This document shows positions 63,340-64,000 of a stretch of DNA of 64,000 nt, piece after piece (position 1 is the first letter of the stretch; every line of letters begins with the position of its first letter). This stretch comes from Iphione sp. A-MEVVRFRX5. Taxonomy: Eukaryota. The stretch covers positions 96,968,001-97,032,000 of the forward strand of contig OZ320315.1 of the NCBI GenBank assembly GCA_976226885.1. The letters run 5' to 3'. Under the pieces are notes generated by a model, which worked only from the letters and a program-made list of their open reading frames with translations, ran no database searches and was not told where the DNA came from. The position numbers and the translations under genes are program-made.

Positions 63340-63770
63340 CACAAGAAGAGATTATTTCAGGATTAACAAGTCAACAAGTGCTTAAACACCATTGTAACTG
63401 GATGAAGATAACAAGCTTGATAATAGTATGGTCTTCAGTATTAAATCTAATAGAGAAGAATAAATGGCATTTTGTGCTCCTAGTCTTACAAGGGATAACA
63501 ATTTACAATACATTCATGTGTAGACACTCTTTAGTTACATTCAGATTTAGTATAATCTTTTCAGCTCACCTGAAGACCCAATTCTTGAATCTTTCTCCAC
63601 ATGGCCTGAGTCCAATGAAATGTGCATCGCTGGATGTTTGCTCCAGGGAAGTTGGCTTTGATGCCTTTCCATATTGCCACCTCAAAATCGCTTACAAACT
63701 GTGCCAACACAGGCTGATTGGGTAGTGGTTTTCGGAGAGCTTTAAACAGCTGTTTGAACAACAATGTTTA
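63340..63770 (-). mobile_element. MULE transposase catalytic exon (63749-63570) plus following intron
   Basis: FVSDFEVAIWKGIKANFPGANIQRCTFHWTQAMWRKIQELGLQ|gtgag; 180-nt exon flanked by AG and GT. Confidence 0.88.
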
Positions 63771-64000
63771 AATATTACCAAAGTGAACCAATAGAACTCC
63801 TTAGGTAATGCATAGAACTACACAAAATAATAGCTTCAATCAGGATCAGTTAACAATATACATTTCAACTTGAAATATAGGCTGCAAAAGTCAGTAGTAA
63901 TGTATAGATTTGATAGGAAACCAAATACGACCCCTTTCATAAACAACATTTTTAAAAAGAATTTTACATTTTTGTAATCAGCTCTCTCCTCTGAATTTTT

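Noticed and set aside
893-63725. Plus-strand ORFs in the track (e.g. 893-1246, 4520-4759, 29684-30103, 36489-36932, 37280-37690)
   Set aside because: They lie antisense to clear minus-strand TE coding regions and show no recognisable motifs of their own.

Overview
This window is animal-type (metazoan, probably invertebrate) repeat-rich DNA, not a prokaryotic locus: it has GT-AG introns and non-LTR retrotransposons, with no operons, RNA genes or CRISPR. Nearly all 64 kb is a patchwork of decayed transposons. It contains about 17 segments of CR1/L2-group LINEs (APE endonuclease plus RT), two Crypton-type tyrosine-recombinase fragments, three pieces of one intron-containing MULE transposase family, a nested Harbinger fragment, and an ~8.4 kb tandem array of a ~1.37 kb unit derived from an ISL2EU/Harbinger-like (DDE_Tnp_4) transposase gene. 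Main observations: (1) six mutually diverged LINE ORF1 remnants carry a C-terminal NADAR (YbiA-like) domain, and the best-preserved elements read 5'-[disordered/coiled-coil/L1-type RRM-CTD/NADAR]-[SGNH esterase-like ORF]-[APE-RT]-3'; (2) every recognisable element of every class lies on the minus strand, as expected for a uni-strand, flamenco-like piRNA cluster; (3) a conserved GC-rich non-coding block with hairpins, pseudoknots and UUCG tetraloops lies between ORFs in two otherwise unrelated LINEs; (4) an unassigned conserved ORF (ORF-X) occurs twice; (5) several LINE 5' ends share a YY1-like plus AGACGTG motif. All domain calls come from manual motif reading with no database search, and most boundaries are approximate.
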